Assembly: GCA_013333035.2 (NCBI GenBank)
Contig: JABCPQ020000004.1
Location: 1,757 to 65,756 of the forward strand
DNA length: 64,000 bases
Origin: Clostridiales bacterium
GTDB lineage: Bacteria > Bacillota > Clostridia > TANB77 > CAG-508
Direction of reading: 5' to 3'
Part shown: positions 27,953 through 36,680 of the stretch, piece by piece
Numbering within the stretch: the first letter of the stretch is position 1
How the letters are laid out: every line of letters starts with the position of its first letter
Notes under the pieces: generated by a model
The model's database searches: none
Seen by the model: only the letters and a program-made list of their open reading frames with translations
What the model was told of the DNA's origin: nothing
Program-made: the position numbers and the translations under genes

Positions 27953-28098
27953 TAATTATAAATATATTAATGAAAATTCGATGAATGTAAGTTTATAGTA
28001 TATATAATAAAAAAACAGCAAGTCATACATAAATATATGTATGGCTCTTTTTATATAAACTAATTTATGATATAATTTAAACAATTATGGAGGTGACA

Positions 28099-28698
28099 AT
28101 GAAAATATTTTTAATACGTCATGGTGAAGACGATGAACGTTATAAAGGCGGGTGGAACCGCTTGCCACTTATAAGTAGAGGAAAAAGACAAGTATCAAAG
28201 TTAGCAAATTATTTAGAAAAAAGGCAAAAAGATTTTAAAATAGAAAAGATTATATCAAGTGATATAGTAAGAACAAGACAAACTGCAAAAATTATAAACA
28301 ACAAATTACATTTACCAATAGAGTACACAAGAAAATTGAGAGAAATGAATAATGGCGTATTAGCAGGAATGAAAGTAAAGGACGCAATAAAACAATATCC
28401 AGGAGTATATTTTAGAGCATTAAAAATGAATGAAAGATATCCAGGAGGAGAAAGTCCAATAGAATTTAGAGAACGTGTTATAAAATCATTTAATGAATTA
28501 GTTGAAGAAAATAAAGAACATGAAACAATAGCATTTGTAACACATAATGGAGTAATAAATGTAATATGTAGCCATATAACAGGAAAAATATGGACTATTA
28601 GAGTAAGAAATTTTAAAGCAGATTACGCCAGTTTGACAATAATTAATATAACTGAAGATAGTAAAGAAGTAGAATTAACAAATTTTAAAGCAAGATAA
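28099..28698 (+). CDS. histidine phosphatase (phosphoglycerate-mutase-like) family protein
   Basis: LIRHGE at the N-terminus and a later VTHNGVI. GGAGGTG RBS before the ATG at 28099. Confidence 0.75.
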   Translation: MKIFLIRHGEDDERYKGGWNRLPLISRGKRQVSKLANYLEKRQKDFKIEKIISSDIVRTRQTAKIINNKLHLPIEYTRKLREMNNGVLAGMKVKDAIKQYPGVYFRALKMNERYPGGESPIEFRERVIKSFNELVEENKEHETIAFVTHNGVINVICSHITGKIWTIRVRNFKADYASLTIINITEDSKEVELTNFKAR

Positions 28699-28703
28699 TT
28701 AAA

Positions 28704-28729
28704 AGCCCAAGTTAATATTAACTTGGGCT
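28704..28729 (+). other. perfect 26-bp palindrome/hairpin without a clear T-run
   Basis: AGCCCAAGTTAATATTAACTTGGGCT, between the phosphatase gene and uvrB. Confidence 0.5.
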
Positions 28730-28754
28730 AATCTTAAATTAGAAAGGAAAATAA

Positions 28755-30707
28755 ATGTTTAAGCTACACTCAGAATATAAACCAACAGGTGACCAGCCAC
28801 AAGCAATAGACAAGTTAGTAAAAGGAATAGAAGAAGGAAAGAAATTTCAAACATTACTAGGAGTAACAGGATCAGGAAAAACATTCACAATGGCTAATAT
28901 AATAGCAAAAACTCAAAAACCAACATTAGTATTAGCACATAATAAAACATTAGCAGGTCAATTATATAGTGAATTTAAAGAATTCTTTCCTGAAAATAAT
29001 GTAGAATATTTTGTAAGTTTTTACGATTTTTATCAACCAGAAGCATATGTACCAGTATCAGATACATATATAGAAAAAGATGCACAAATAAATGATGAAA
29101 TAGATAAATTAAGACATTCAGCAACAGCATCATTATTTGAAACAAGAAACACAATAATAGTAGCATCAGTATCATGCATATATGGATTAGGAGATCCAAT
29201 CGATTATGAAAATATGATTATATCATTAAGAACAGGAATGATAAAAGATAGAAATGAATTATTAAAAAAATTAATAAAACTACAATATACAAGAGATGAC
29301 TTAAGTTTAAAAAGAGGAACATTTAGAGCAAGAGGAGATGTAGTAGAAGTATTTCCATCAACAGAAGGAGAAACAGGAGTAATAAGAATAAGTTTCTGGG
29401 GCGATGAAATTGAAAGAATGGATCAAGTAAATTCAGTAACAGGAAAAGTAGAAGGCGAAAGAAAGCATGTAATGATATTCCCAAATTCTCACTATGTAAC
29501 AACAGATGAAAAAATGCAAAAAGCAATAGGAACAATAGAAGAAGAATTAAAAGAGAGAGTTGAGTATTTTAAAGAAAATAATAAACTATTAGAAGCACAA
29601 AGAATTGAAGAAAGAACAAACTTTGACATTGAAATGATGAAAGAAACGGGATTTTGTCAAGGAATTGAAAATTATTCAAGACATATAAGTGGCAGAGCAC
29701 CAGGAAGTACACCATTTACTTTATTTGACTATTTCCCAGAAGATTACTTATTGTTAATAGATGAATCACATGCAACAATACCACAAGTAAGAGCAATGTA
29801 CAATGGAGATAGAGCGAGAAAAGAGACACTTGTGAATTATGGATTTAGATTGCCATCAGCATTTGATAATAGACCATTAAAATTTCATGAATTTGAAGAA
29901 AGAATAAATCAATGTATATTTGTAAGCGCAACACCAGGAGATTATGAAAAAGAGCATTCACAAGCAACAGTAGAACAAATAATAAGACCAACAGGACTAT
30001 TAGATCCAAAAATAGAAGTAAAGCCAATAGATATTCAAGTAGATGATTTAATTGAGCAAATAAATGAAAGAACTAAAAAAGGCGAAAGAGTTTTAGTAAC
30101 AACTCTTACTAAAAAAATGGCAGAAGATTTAACAGGATATTTGAAAAACATTGATATAAAAGTACAATATATGCATTCAGATATAAAAACGCTCCAAAGA
30201 AGTGAAATAATAAGAGATTTACGTTTAGGAAAATTTGATGTATTAGTAGGAATAAACTTATTAAGAGAAGGATTAGATATTCCAGAAGTATCATTAGTAG
30301 CAATACTTGATGCAGATAAAGAAGGCTTTTTACGTTCAGAACGTTCATTAATTCAGACAATTGGTCGTGCAGCAAGAAACACAGATGGAAAAGTAATAAT
30401 GTATGCAGATGAATTAACAGACTCAATGGAAAAAGCAATAAAAGAAACGAATAGAAGAAGAGAAATCCAAGAAAAATATAATAAAGAACATAACATAACT
30501 CCAAAAACAATAAATAAAGCAATAAGAGAATCAATAAGAGCAACGTATCAAGTAGCAGAAGATGATGCAGAATATAAAATTGAAAAAGGTGAAACAGTTG
30601 AAGAAACAATAAATAGATTAACACAGGAAATGATTAAATTTGCAGATGAACTAGACTTCGAAAATGCGGCTAAAATAAGGGATAAAATAAAAGAATTAAA
30701 AGCCTGA
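28755..30707 (+). CDS. uvrB: excinuclease ABC subunit B
   Basis: [20 protein letters not shown], helicase motifs and a C-terminal UVR domain ([15 protein letters not shown]). Confidence 0.95.
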   Translation: MFKLHSEYKPTGDQPQAIDKLVKGIEEGKKFQTLLGVTGSGKTFTMANIIAKTQKPTLVLAHNKTLAGQLYSEFKEFFPENNVEYFVSFYDFYQPEAYVPVSDTYIEKDAQINDEIDKLRHSATASLFETRNTIIVASVSCIYGLGDPIDYENMIISLRTGMIKDRNELLKKLIKLQYTRDDLSLKRGTFRARGDVVEVFPSTEGETGVIRISFWGDEIERMDQVNSVTGKVEGERKHVMIFPNSHYVTTDEKMQKAIGTIEEELKERVEYFKENNKLLEAQRIEERTNFDIEMMKETGFCQGIENYSRHISGRAPGSTPFTLFDYFPEDYLLLIDESHATIPQVRAMYNGDRARKETLVNYGFRLPSAFDNRPLKFHEFEERINQCIFVSATPGDYEKEHSQATVEQIIRPTGLLDPKIEVKPIDIQVDDLIEQINERTKKGERVLVTTLTKKMAEDLTGYLKNIDIKVQYMHSDIKTLQRSEIIRDLRLGKFDVLVGINLLREGLDIPEVSLVAILDADKEGFLRSERSLIQTIGRAARNTDGKVIMYADELTDSMEKAIKETNRRREIQEKYNKEHNITPKTINKAIRESIRATYQVAEDDAEYKIEKGETVEETINRLTQEMIKFADELDFENAAKIRDKIKELKA

Positions 30708-30763
30708 ACATATTGAAAAAATAAGAATATAAGAGTAAAATCAATGTATGCAAAGGAGAAAAT

Positions 30764-31945
30764 ATGGAATTAATAGATTTATTAAAAAAGTATGAGACAC
30801 ATGATGAAAAGCAGATATTAAAATACATTAGAGAAATGATTAATTATATCATAATAGAAAAGCAAAATAATTCTAATTTTTCAGAAGAAGAAAAATTAAA
30901 GAATATTATATATTTATACGAATTTTGTAGATCCATAGAAAGATTAACAAACAAAAGAATAAAAAGAGAAGAATTATTAGAAAAAATCAAAAATAAATTT
31001 TTAGTACAAGAATTGCCAGAAGACATAACAAAGGCAAGAAAACAACTATATCAGTATTTATTACAAATAGCAGAAGTAAATATAATACCAACTGATGATT
31101 TACAATTAGAACAAGTAATTCACATGATAAGAGATACAATGTATATTAATTCATATATAAATGAAAAACCAGACATAAAAACATTTAATGAAGAATTAAG
31201 AAAAATAAGAATGACAATGAAAACAACTGATTTTATAGTATTCAAAGGAGTATACAATTACGAATTTAATTCAGAAAAAAGTATTTACAAAGTCTTCACA
31301 CATGACAAATTTAACAATCAAATAGAAAAATATATAATAAGAGAAATTCTACATGAAGTCAAAGATGATTCACTAGAAAAAGCTCAAGATGATTCAGAAT
31401 CATGGGTAGCAAATAGAATATTCACATCATTACAAAAAGATAAGATGATAGCTAAATTTTTAACTAAATCATATAAAATAATAAATAGATTAGAAGAATA
31501 TAATTACAATGGAAAAAGTGTAGATATGTTACATTTTATAGAAGATAATCTTGAATTTTATTCAAAAGCAAAAGAAATATTAAAAGAAGAGATTAATAGA
31601 CAAAACTTTGAATATGAAGAAATTATAATGCAAGCTGAAAGAGAAGCAAACAGTATAAAAAATAGTAAAGAGTTAAAGAAAATCACTGATTCAGATATTG
31701 ATAGAATATTAGAAAAAATGAGACTTATGCTAACTCAAAATGGAAAAATAGCATTAAAAGGAATACTTCAAAAAGAAGAAAGACAAGAAAGATTTAAAGA
31801 TTTGATTTTTAAAGCTTTCCCAGTCGAATCAAAAAATATTTGCCAATTAAGATATGAAGTTGAAAAAAGTTTAAATGACAAAGAAACACTTAATGAAATT
31901 AGAAAAGAATTAAATTCACAAATAGATCTATTAATAAAGAAATAG
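30764..31945 (+). CDS. hypothetical protein (393 aa)
   Basis: Long ORF with an AGGAG RBS. No motif recognised. Confidence 0.55.
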   Translation: MELIDLLKKYETHDEKQILKYIREMINYIIIEKQNNSNFSEEEKLKNIIYLYEFCRSIERLTNKRIKREELLEKIKNKFLVQELPEDITKARKQLYQYLLQIAEVNIIPTDDLQLEQVIHMIRDTMYINSYINEKPDIKTFNEELRKIRMTMKTTDFIVFKGVYNYEFNSEKSIYKVFTHDKFNNQIEKYIIREILHEVKDDSLEKAQDDSESWVANRIFTSLQKDKMIAKFLTKSYKIINRLEEYNYNGKSVDMLHFIEDNLEFYSKAKEILKEEINRQNFEYEEIIMQAEREANSIKNSKELKKITDSDIDRILEKMRLMLTQNGKIALKGILQKEERQERFKDLIFKAFPVESKNICQLRYEVEKSLNDKETLNEIRKELNSQIDLLIKK

Positions 31946-31954
31946 GAGAATAAT

Positions 31955-32221
31955 ATGAATAGTAGAGACTATGGAATAGCCTATGCAGAAGTTTTAAGTA
32001 TATTAGAACAAGTTCCAAGAGAATATTATGAAAAAGTTCCAATGGAATTATATAAATTATTCAATGAAAATCAAAAAAGAGGATATTTCTTTGAGTATAA
32101 TCCTAAGAAATCATTAGATGAACAAAATGTATCACCTTTAGCCAAAAGTATAATTGCAATATTATATGAAGATTATTGGGACGAAACATTAAATGAATTA
32201 AAAATATGTTTAACAAAATAA
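31955..32221 (+). CDS. hypothetical protein (88 aa)
   Basis: ORF with an AGGAG RBS, 9 nt after the previous stop. Confidence 0.5.
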   Translation: MNSRDYGIAYAEVLSILEQVPREYYEKVPMELYKLFNENQKRGYFFEYNPKKSLDEQNVSPLAKSIIAILYEDYWDETLNELKICLTK

Positions 32222-32304
32222 GATAGTATGGAAATTCAAAACATTGAAATTACAATGAAAATATAGTATAATTGAAAAGAATTTCTATTGATAGGAGACG
32301 TGGT

Positions 32305-33558
32305 ATGCAATTTTTATACTTTTTACAACAAGCTTTAGTATGGTTAATAACAGTATATTGGATATACCAATTAGTAATAAGCTTGTTTGCATTAGTAAAA
32401 ATTAAAGATAAGCCATATATTGTTGATAAAAAGCATAAATTTTTAGCAATAATACCAGCACATAACGAAGAAGCCGTTGTTGGAAATCTAATTACAAGTT
32501 TACAAGATCAAACATATGACAGTAAAGATTATGACATATATGTAATAGCAGATAATTGCACTGACAAGACAGAGCAAATTGCAAGAGAATCAGGAGCGAA
32601 TGTTTTTGTAAGAACAGAAACAGATCCAGCTAAAAAAACAAAAGGTGCAGCATTACAAGTATTCTTAAATAAAATATTAAATGATCCAAAAGCAGATTAT
32701 GACGCATTTTGTATTTTTGACGCAGATAATGTTGTAGATAAGCACTTTTTTACAGAAATGAATAAACATTTATGCCAAGGAGAAGAAGTTGTTCAAGGAT
32801 ATAGAGATATCAAAAATCCAGATGATAGTTGGGTATCAGCAGGATATGCAATATTCTATTGGACAATGAATAGATTCTATCATTTAGCACGTTATAATGC
32901 AGGTTTATCACCATTAATAAATGGAACAGGTTTTATGGTAAAAATGTCAGCAATTAAAGATGAAGGCTGGAAAACAAAGACATTAACAGAAGACATAGAA
33001 TTTTCATTAAAGACAATAATCAAAGGAAAGAAGTTGGGTTGGGCAACAACAGCAATAGTATATGATGAACAACCAGTAAAATTCAAACCATCATGGTCTC
33101 AAAGAGCTAGATGGACAATAGGACATATTCAATGCTTAGCAGAATATACAAAACCATTAACAAGATCAACATTTGAAAATAAAACATTAACAAACTTTGA
33201 TGGATTATTATATATGCTAGGAAGCATTCCAATGTTTGTAATAACAATATTACTATTACTATTAAACGCAGTATTTTATTTAACAAAAGGAATGTCAACA
33301 GCAGATTTTACATTAAACATATTAAAATTTATAATACCAACATTTATATTACCGATTTTTACAGCGATATTTGTAATGATAATAGATAAAAGACCAATTA
33401 AAAAGATGATGAAAGGCCTAATACTATACCCATTATTCTTAGGATCTTGGTTATTAATAAACTTTAAATGTTTATTTAAGAGAGAAACAACATGGGAAAA
33501 AATAGAGCATGTTAGAAAAGTTGATATAAATACAATAAATAAAGATGATAAAAAGTAG
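32305..33558 (+). CDS. Membrane-embedded processive family-2 glycosyltransferase
   Basis: IIPAHNEE, DAD, TED and QRARW motifs with flanking TM helices. The GGAG RBS favours the ATG at 32305. Confidence 0.75.
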   Translation: MQFLYFLQQALVWLITVYWIYQLVISLFALVKIKDKPYIVDKKHKFLAIIPAHNEEAVVGNLITSLQDQTYDSKDYDIYVIADNCTDKTEQIARESGANVFVRTETDPAKKTKGAALQVFLNKILNDPKADYDAFCIFDADNVVDKHFFTEMNKHLCQGEEVVQGYRDIKNPDDSWVSAGYAIFYWTMNRFYHLARYNAGLSPLINGTGFMVKMSAIKDEGWKTKTLTEDIEFSLKTIIKGKKLGWATTAIVYDEQPVKFKPSWSQRARWTIGHIQCLAEYTKPLTRSTFENKTLTNFDGLLYMLGSIPMFVITILLLLLNAVFYLTKGMSTADFTLNILKFIIPTFILPIFTAIFVMIIDKRPIKKMMKGLILYPLFLGSWLLINFKCLFKRETTWEKIEHVRKVDINTINKDDKK

Positions 33559-33561
33559 AAG

Positions 33562-34449
33562 ATGAAAATGAAAAAAATGGAAAATATTGAAGTATATGCA
33601 TTTGTAGGGCCATCTGGAACAGGAAAAAGTTATAGAGCACAAATGGTCGCAGGAGCCTACAATATTAAATTTATAATAGACGATGGATTATTGGTAAAAG
33701 AAAATGCAATAGTTGCAGGGCAATCAGCAAAAAAAGCTCCAACTAAAATTGAAACAATAAAAAAAGCATTGTTCAATGATGCAAATCAAAAGTCAGAAAT
33801 GCAAGAAGCAATAATTAAATTAAATCCTAAATCAATTTTAATACTAGGAACTTCTGATAAAATGGTTAAAACAATAGCCGAAAATTTAGGATTGCCACCG
33901 ATAAAGAAAACTATATATATAACAGATGTTGCAACAGAAGAGGAAATTGAAAATGCAAGAAGAATAAGAACAACAGAAGGAAAGCATGTAATTCCAGTTC
34001 CAACATTTGAATTAAAAAAAGATTTTTCAGGATACTTATTAGATCCACTTCAGATATTCAAATCACAAGGATTGAATGGAAATCCATATATAGCAGAAAA
34101 GTCAATAATTAGACCAACTTTTAATTATATAGGAAATTTCACAATTTCAGATAATGTTTTTAAACAAATAATTGAAGTCCAAGCAAAAGATATAAAATCA
34201 ATTAGTAAAATAATAAGAATACGAGTAAATAAATCAGAAGAAGGACCAAATGTATATATTGAAGTTGAAATAGTATATGGATTCAATATAATTACAGAAT
34301 TAAAGAAATTTAAAGAAAGATGCATTAGAGATATAGAGAGACAAACAAGAATGAATGTCACAGAATTTAAAATAGTAGCAAAGAAAATATCTCTACCAGT
34401 AATCGGAGAGCTTCCAAATATTGAAGATATTACAAAAGAAGTAGATTAA
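33562..34449 (+). CDS. P-loop NTPase fused to an Asp23/Gls24-like (DUF322) C-terminal domain
   Basis: Walker A GPSGTGKS at the N-terminus. The C-terminus (FTISDNVFKQII...YIEVEIVYGFNIITELKKFKERCIRDIERQTRMNVTEFKIVAKKI) follows the Asp23 family pattern. Confidence 0.5.
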   Translation: MKMKKMENIEVYAFVGPSGTGKSYRAQMVAGAYNIKFIIDDGLLVKENAIVAGQSAKKAPTKIETIKKALFNDANQKSEMQEAIIKLNPKSILILGTSDKMVKTIAENLGLPPIKKTIYITDVATEEEIENARRIRTTEGKHVIPVPTFELKKDFSGYLLDPLQIFKSQGLNGNPYIAEKSIIRPTFNYIGNFTISDNVFKQIIEVQAKDIKSISKIIRIRVNKSEEGPNVYIEVEIVYGFNIITELKKFKERCIRDIERQTRMNVTEFKIVAKKISLPVIGELPNIEDITKEVD

Positions 34450-34463
34450 AGAGGAGTAAACAA

Positions 34464-35756
34464 ATGTCATTTATAGTTGCAGTAGACGGATATACAGGTG
34501 TTGGAAAAGGCACATTGGCAAACTTATTAGCTAAAAAATACAAATTAATGAATATTGACACAGGAGCAATATACAGATGCCTAACATTAGATTTTATTGA
34601 AAAAAACATAAAAGATGATGATATCGAATTAATAAAAAAAGAGTTAGATGAAGTAGACATTAAATTTGAAAATGGTAAATCATTTTTAAATGGTAGAGAT
34701 GTCAGTAAAGAAATAAGAGAAGCACCAGTAAATAATCGAGTATCACAAGTATCACATATACCAATTGTACGTGAAGCTATGATTAAATTACAAAGAAGAA
34801 TGGCAGAAGGTCGTGATGTTATACTTGATGGAAGAGATATTGGAACAAAAGTATTCCCGAATGCAGATGTAAAGATATTTATGAATGCATCATTGGATGC
34901 AAGAGTAAACAGAAGATTCAAGCAAAACCAGGAAAAAGGGATTGAATCAACATGGGAAGAGGTCAAAGAAAATATTGCATCAAGAGATTTAAATGACACA
35001 ACTTCAGATGTATCACCATTAGTGCAAGCAGAAGATGCCTATTATTTAGATACAACAAATATGAGTATTAAGAAGATGTTAAAAGCAGCATCAAAAGTAA
35101 TTGACAAGAAGAAAAAAGAAATAAAAATTTTTGAAAAAGCATATAATGACAAAGAACTCAAATTTTATACAAAATTTTTAAAATTAATCTATGATCCAAT
35201 TTTAAAAACATTATATTGGTTAGTATATAGACCTAAATTTATAAATGTAAAACAATTTAATGAATTAGAAGGACCAGTAATATTGTGTGGAAATCACGTA
35301 CATGCAATGGATGCAATAGGACTTGAATTATTCTCAAAAAGAAAAATAAGATTTATCACAAAACGTGATTTATGGCTAAAAAATGGAATATTGAGAAGTT
35401 TTGGATATGTATATAGAAACATTCCAGTACATAGAGAAGGAAATGATGTAAATTCAATAAAGATTTGTTTAAAAGCATTAAAAAATAAAGAAACATTAGG
35501 AATATTTCCAGAAGGAACAAGACATGGAATGGATAAACATGAAAAGCCTAAAAATGGAGCAATATTCTTAGCAAATAAAACAAATGCAAAAATAGTACCA
35601 GTAGGAATTATAGGTGACTTTAAACCATTTAAAAAAATCAAATATAATATAGGTCAACCAATGGATTTAGAACAATATGATAAAAAGGACTCAGAATGGT
35701 TAACACAAGCAACCGAAGATTTAATGAAACAAATAGTTTCATTGACAAAGGAATAA
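34464..35756 (+). CDS. cmk: cytidylate kinase fused to a PlsC-type 1-acylglycerol-3-phosphate acyltransferase
   Basis: N-terminal VAVDGYTGVGKGT and the Cmk fold. The C-terminal half has the NHVHAMD (HX4D) and FPEGTR acyltransferase motifs. It is a single uninterrupted ORF. Confidence 0.75.
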   Translation: MSFIVAVDGYTGVGKGTLANLLAKKYKLMNIDTGAIYRCLTLDFIEKNIKDDDIELIKKELDEVDIKFENGKSFLNGRDVSKEIREAPVNNRVSQVSHIPIVREAMIKLQRRMAEGRDVILDGRDIGTKVFPNADVKIFMNASLDARVNRRFKQNQEKGIESTWEEVKENIASRDLNDTTSDVSPLVQAEDAYYLDTTNMSIKKMLKAASKVIDKKKKEIKIFEKAYNDKELKFYTKFLKLIYDPILKTLYWLVYRPKFINVKQFNELEGPVILCGNHVHAMDAIGLELFSKRKIRFITKRDLWLKNGILRSFGYVYRNIPVHREGNDVNSIKICLKALKNKETLGIFPEGTRHGMDKHEKPKNGAIFLANKTNAKIVPVGIIGDFKPFKKIKYNIGQPMDLEQYDKKDSEWLTQATEDLMKQIVSLTKE

Positions 35757-35801
35757 AAATAAACTATAATTTCAAAAGCAAAAAAAGAGAAGGAAAAAAG
35801 A

Positions 35802-36680
35802 ATGGAAGATAATAACAATAACTTCGAAGAATTATTAAATAATTCAATGAAGGAAAACGATGAAAAATTAGGAAAAATAGTAACTGGTAAAGTAATATAC
35901 ATCAGTTCAAAGGGAGAAATTTACTTAGACATAAATTACAAAAGTGATGGAATAATTCCAAAAAATGAATATTCTTATGACGAAAATTGTAATCCAGAAG
36001 ATGAAGTAAAAATAGGTGATGAAATAACAGCAATAGTATTAAAAACAAATGATGGAGAAGGCAATGTTTTATTATCATGTAAAAAAATCAAACGTGATCA
36101 AGAAAAACAAGCTAAAATTGATAATGTAAATAAATTCTGGGAAACAGTAAAAGTCGGGGATAAATTCGAAGGAACAGTAGCAAGCATTATGAATTATGGA
36201 GCATTCATTGATTTAGGATCATCAGTACAAGGCTTGTTGCATATTTCAGAAATAACATGGGAACATAATGCTAAACCAGAAAAATATTTAAAAGTTGGAC
36301 AAAAAGTAAATGTATTCATTAAAGAATTAGATTTAGAAAATAAGAAAATGAGTTTAGGATATGAAGACAAAGAAAAAAATCCATGGGAAACATTTGAAGG
36401 AAATGTAGGAGATGTTGTAAATGTAACAATTAAAAACATGACAACATTTGGAGCATTTGCAGAAGTAACAAAAGGAGTAGAAGGATTAATTCATATTTCA
36501 CAAATATCAACAGAAAGAATCGCAAAACCAGAAGATAAATTAACAATCGGCGAAAAAATAAATGCAAAGATAATTGGATTAGACAAAGAAAACCACAAAA
36601 TGGAATTATCAATAAGAGAATTAGAAGGAACTTCATTTGAAACAGAAAAAGATGAAGATAACAAAAACAGGGAGGAATAA
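35802..36680 (+). CDS. S1 RNA-binding domain protein (short ribosomal protein S1 homolog, three S1 repeats)
   Basis: Three repeats of the G..V.G.V......GAF.D/E pattern. Confidence 0.75.
   Translation: MEDNNNNFEELLNNSMKENDEKLGKIVTGKVIYISSKGEIYLDINYKSDGIIPKNEYSYDENCNPEDEVKIGDEITAIVLKTNDGEGNVLLSCKKIKRDQEKQAKIDNVNKFWETVKVGDKFEGTVASIMNYGAFIDLGSSVQGLLHISEITWEHNAKPEKYLKVGQKVNVFIKELDLENKKMSLGYEDKEKNPWETFEGNVGDVVNVTIKNMTTFGAFAEVTKGVEGLIHISQISTERIAKPEDKLTIGEKINAKIIGLDKENHKMELSIRELEGTSFETEKDEDNKNREE

Noticed and set aside
27985-27995. 11-mer TAAACTTACAT shared (as reverse complement) with the palindrome at 20372-20385
   Set aside because: My rough composition-adjusted expectation for one chance recurrence in 64 kb on both strands is about 0.3. 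This is not significant on its own.
28699-28754. Search for a canonical Cheo/SOS box (GAAC-N4-GTTC) upstream of uvrB, and likewise upstream of lexA at 39168-39242
   Set aside because: No such motif is present by eye. Only the non-canonical palindrome reported in the findings was seen.
34430-34999. 189-aa minus-strand ORF, and similar long antisense ORFs at 22379-22858, 30109-30624, 37930-38460, 42718-43269 and 36874-37230
   Set aside because: Each lies entirely antisense to a strongly supported gene (cmk, HK, uvrB, typA, yvcK). They have no RBS and are Leu/Ile/Phe/Ser-rich, as expected from reading AT-rich coding DNA backwards.
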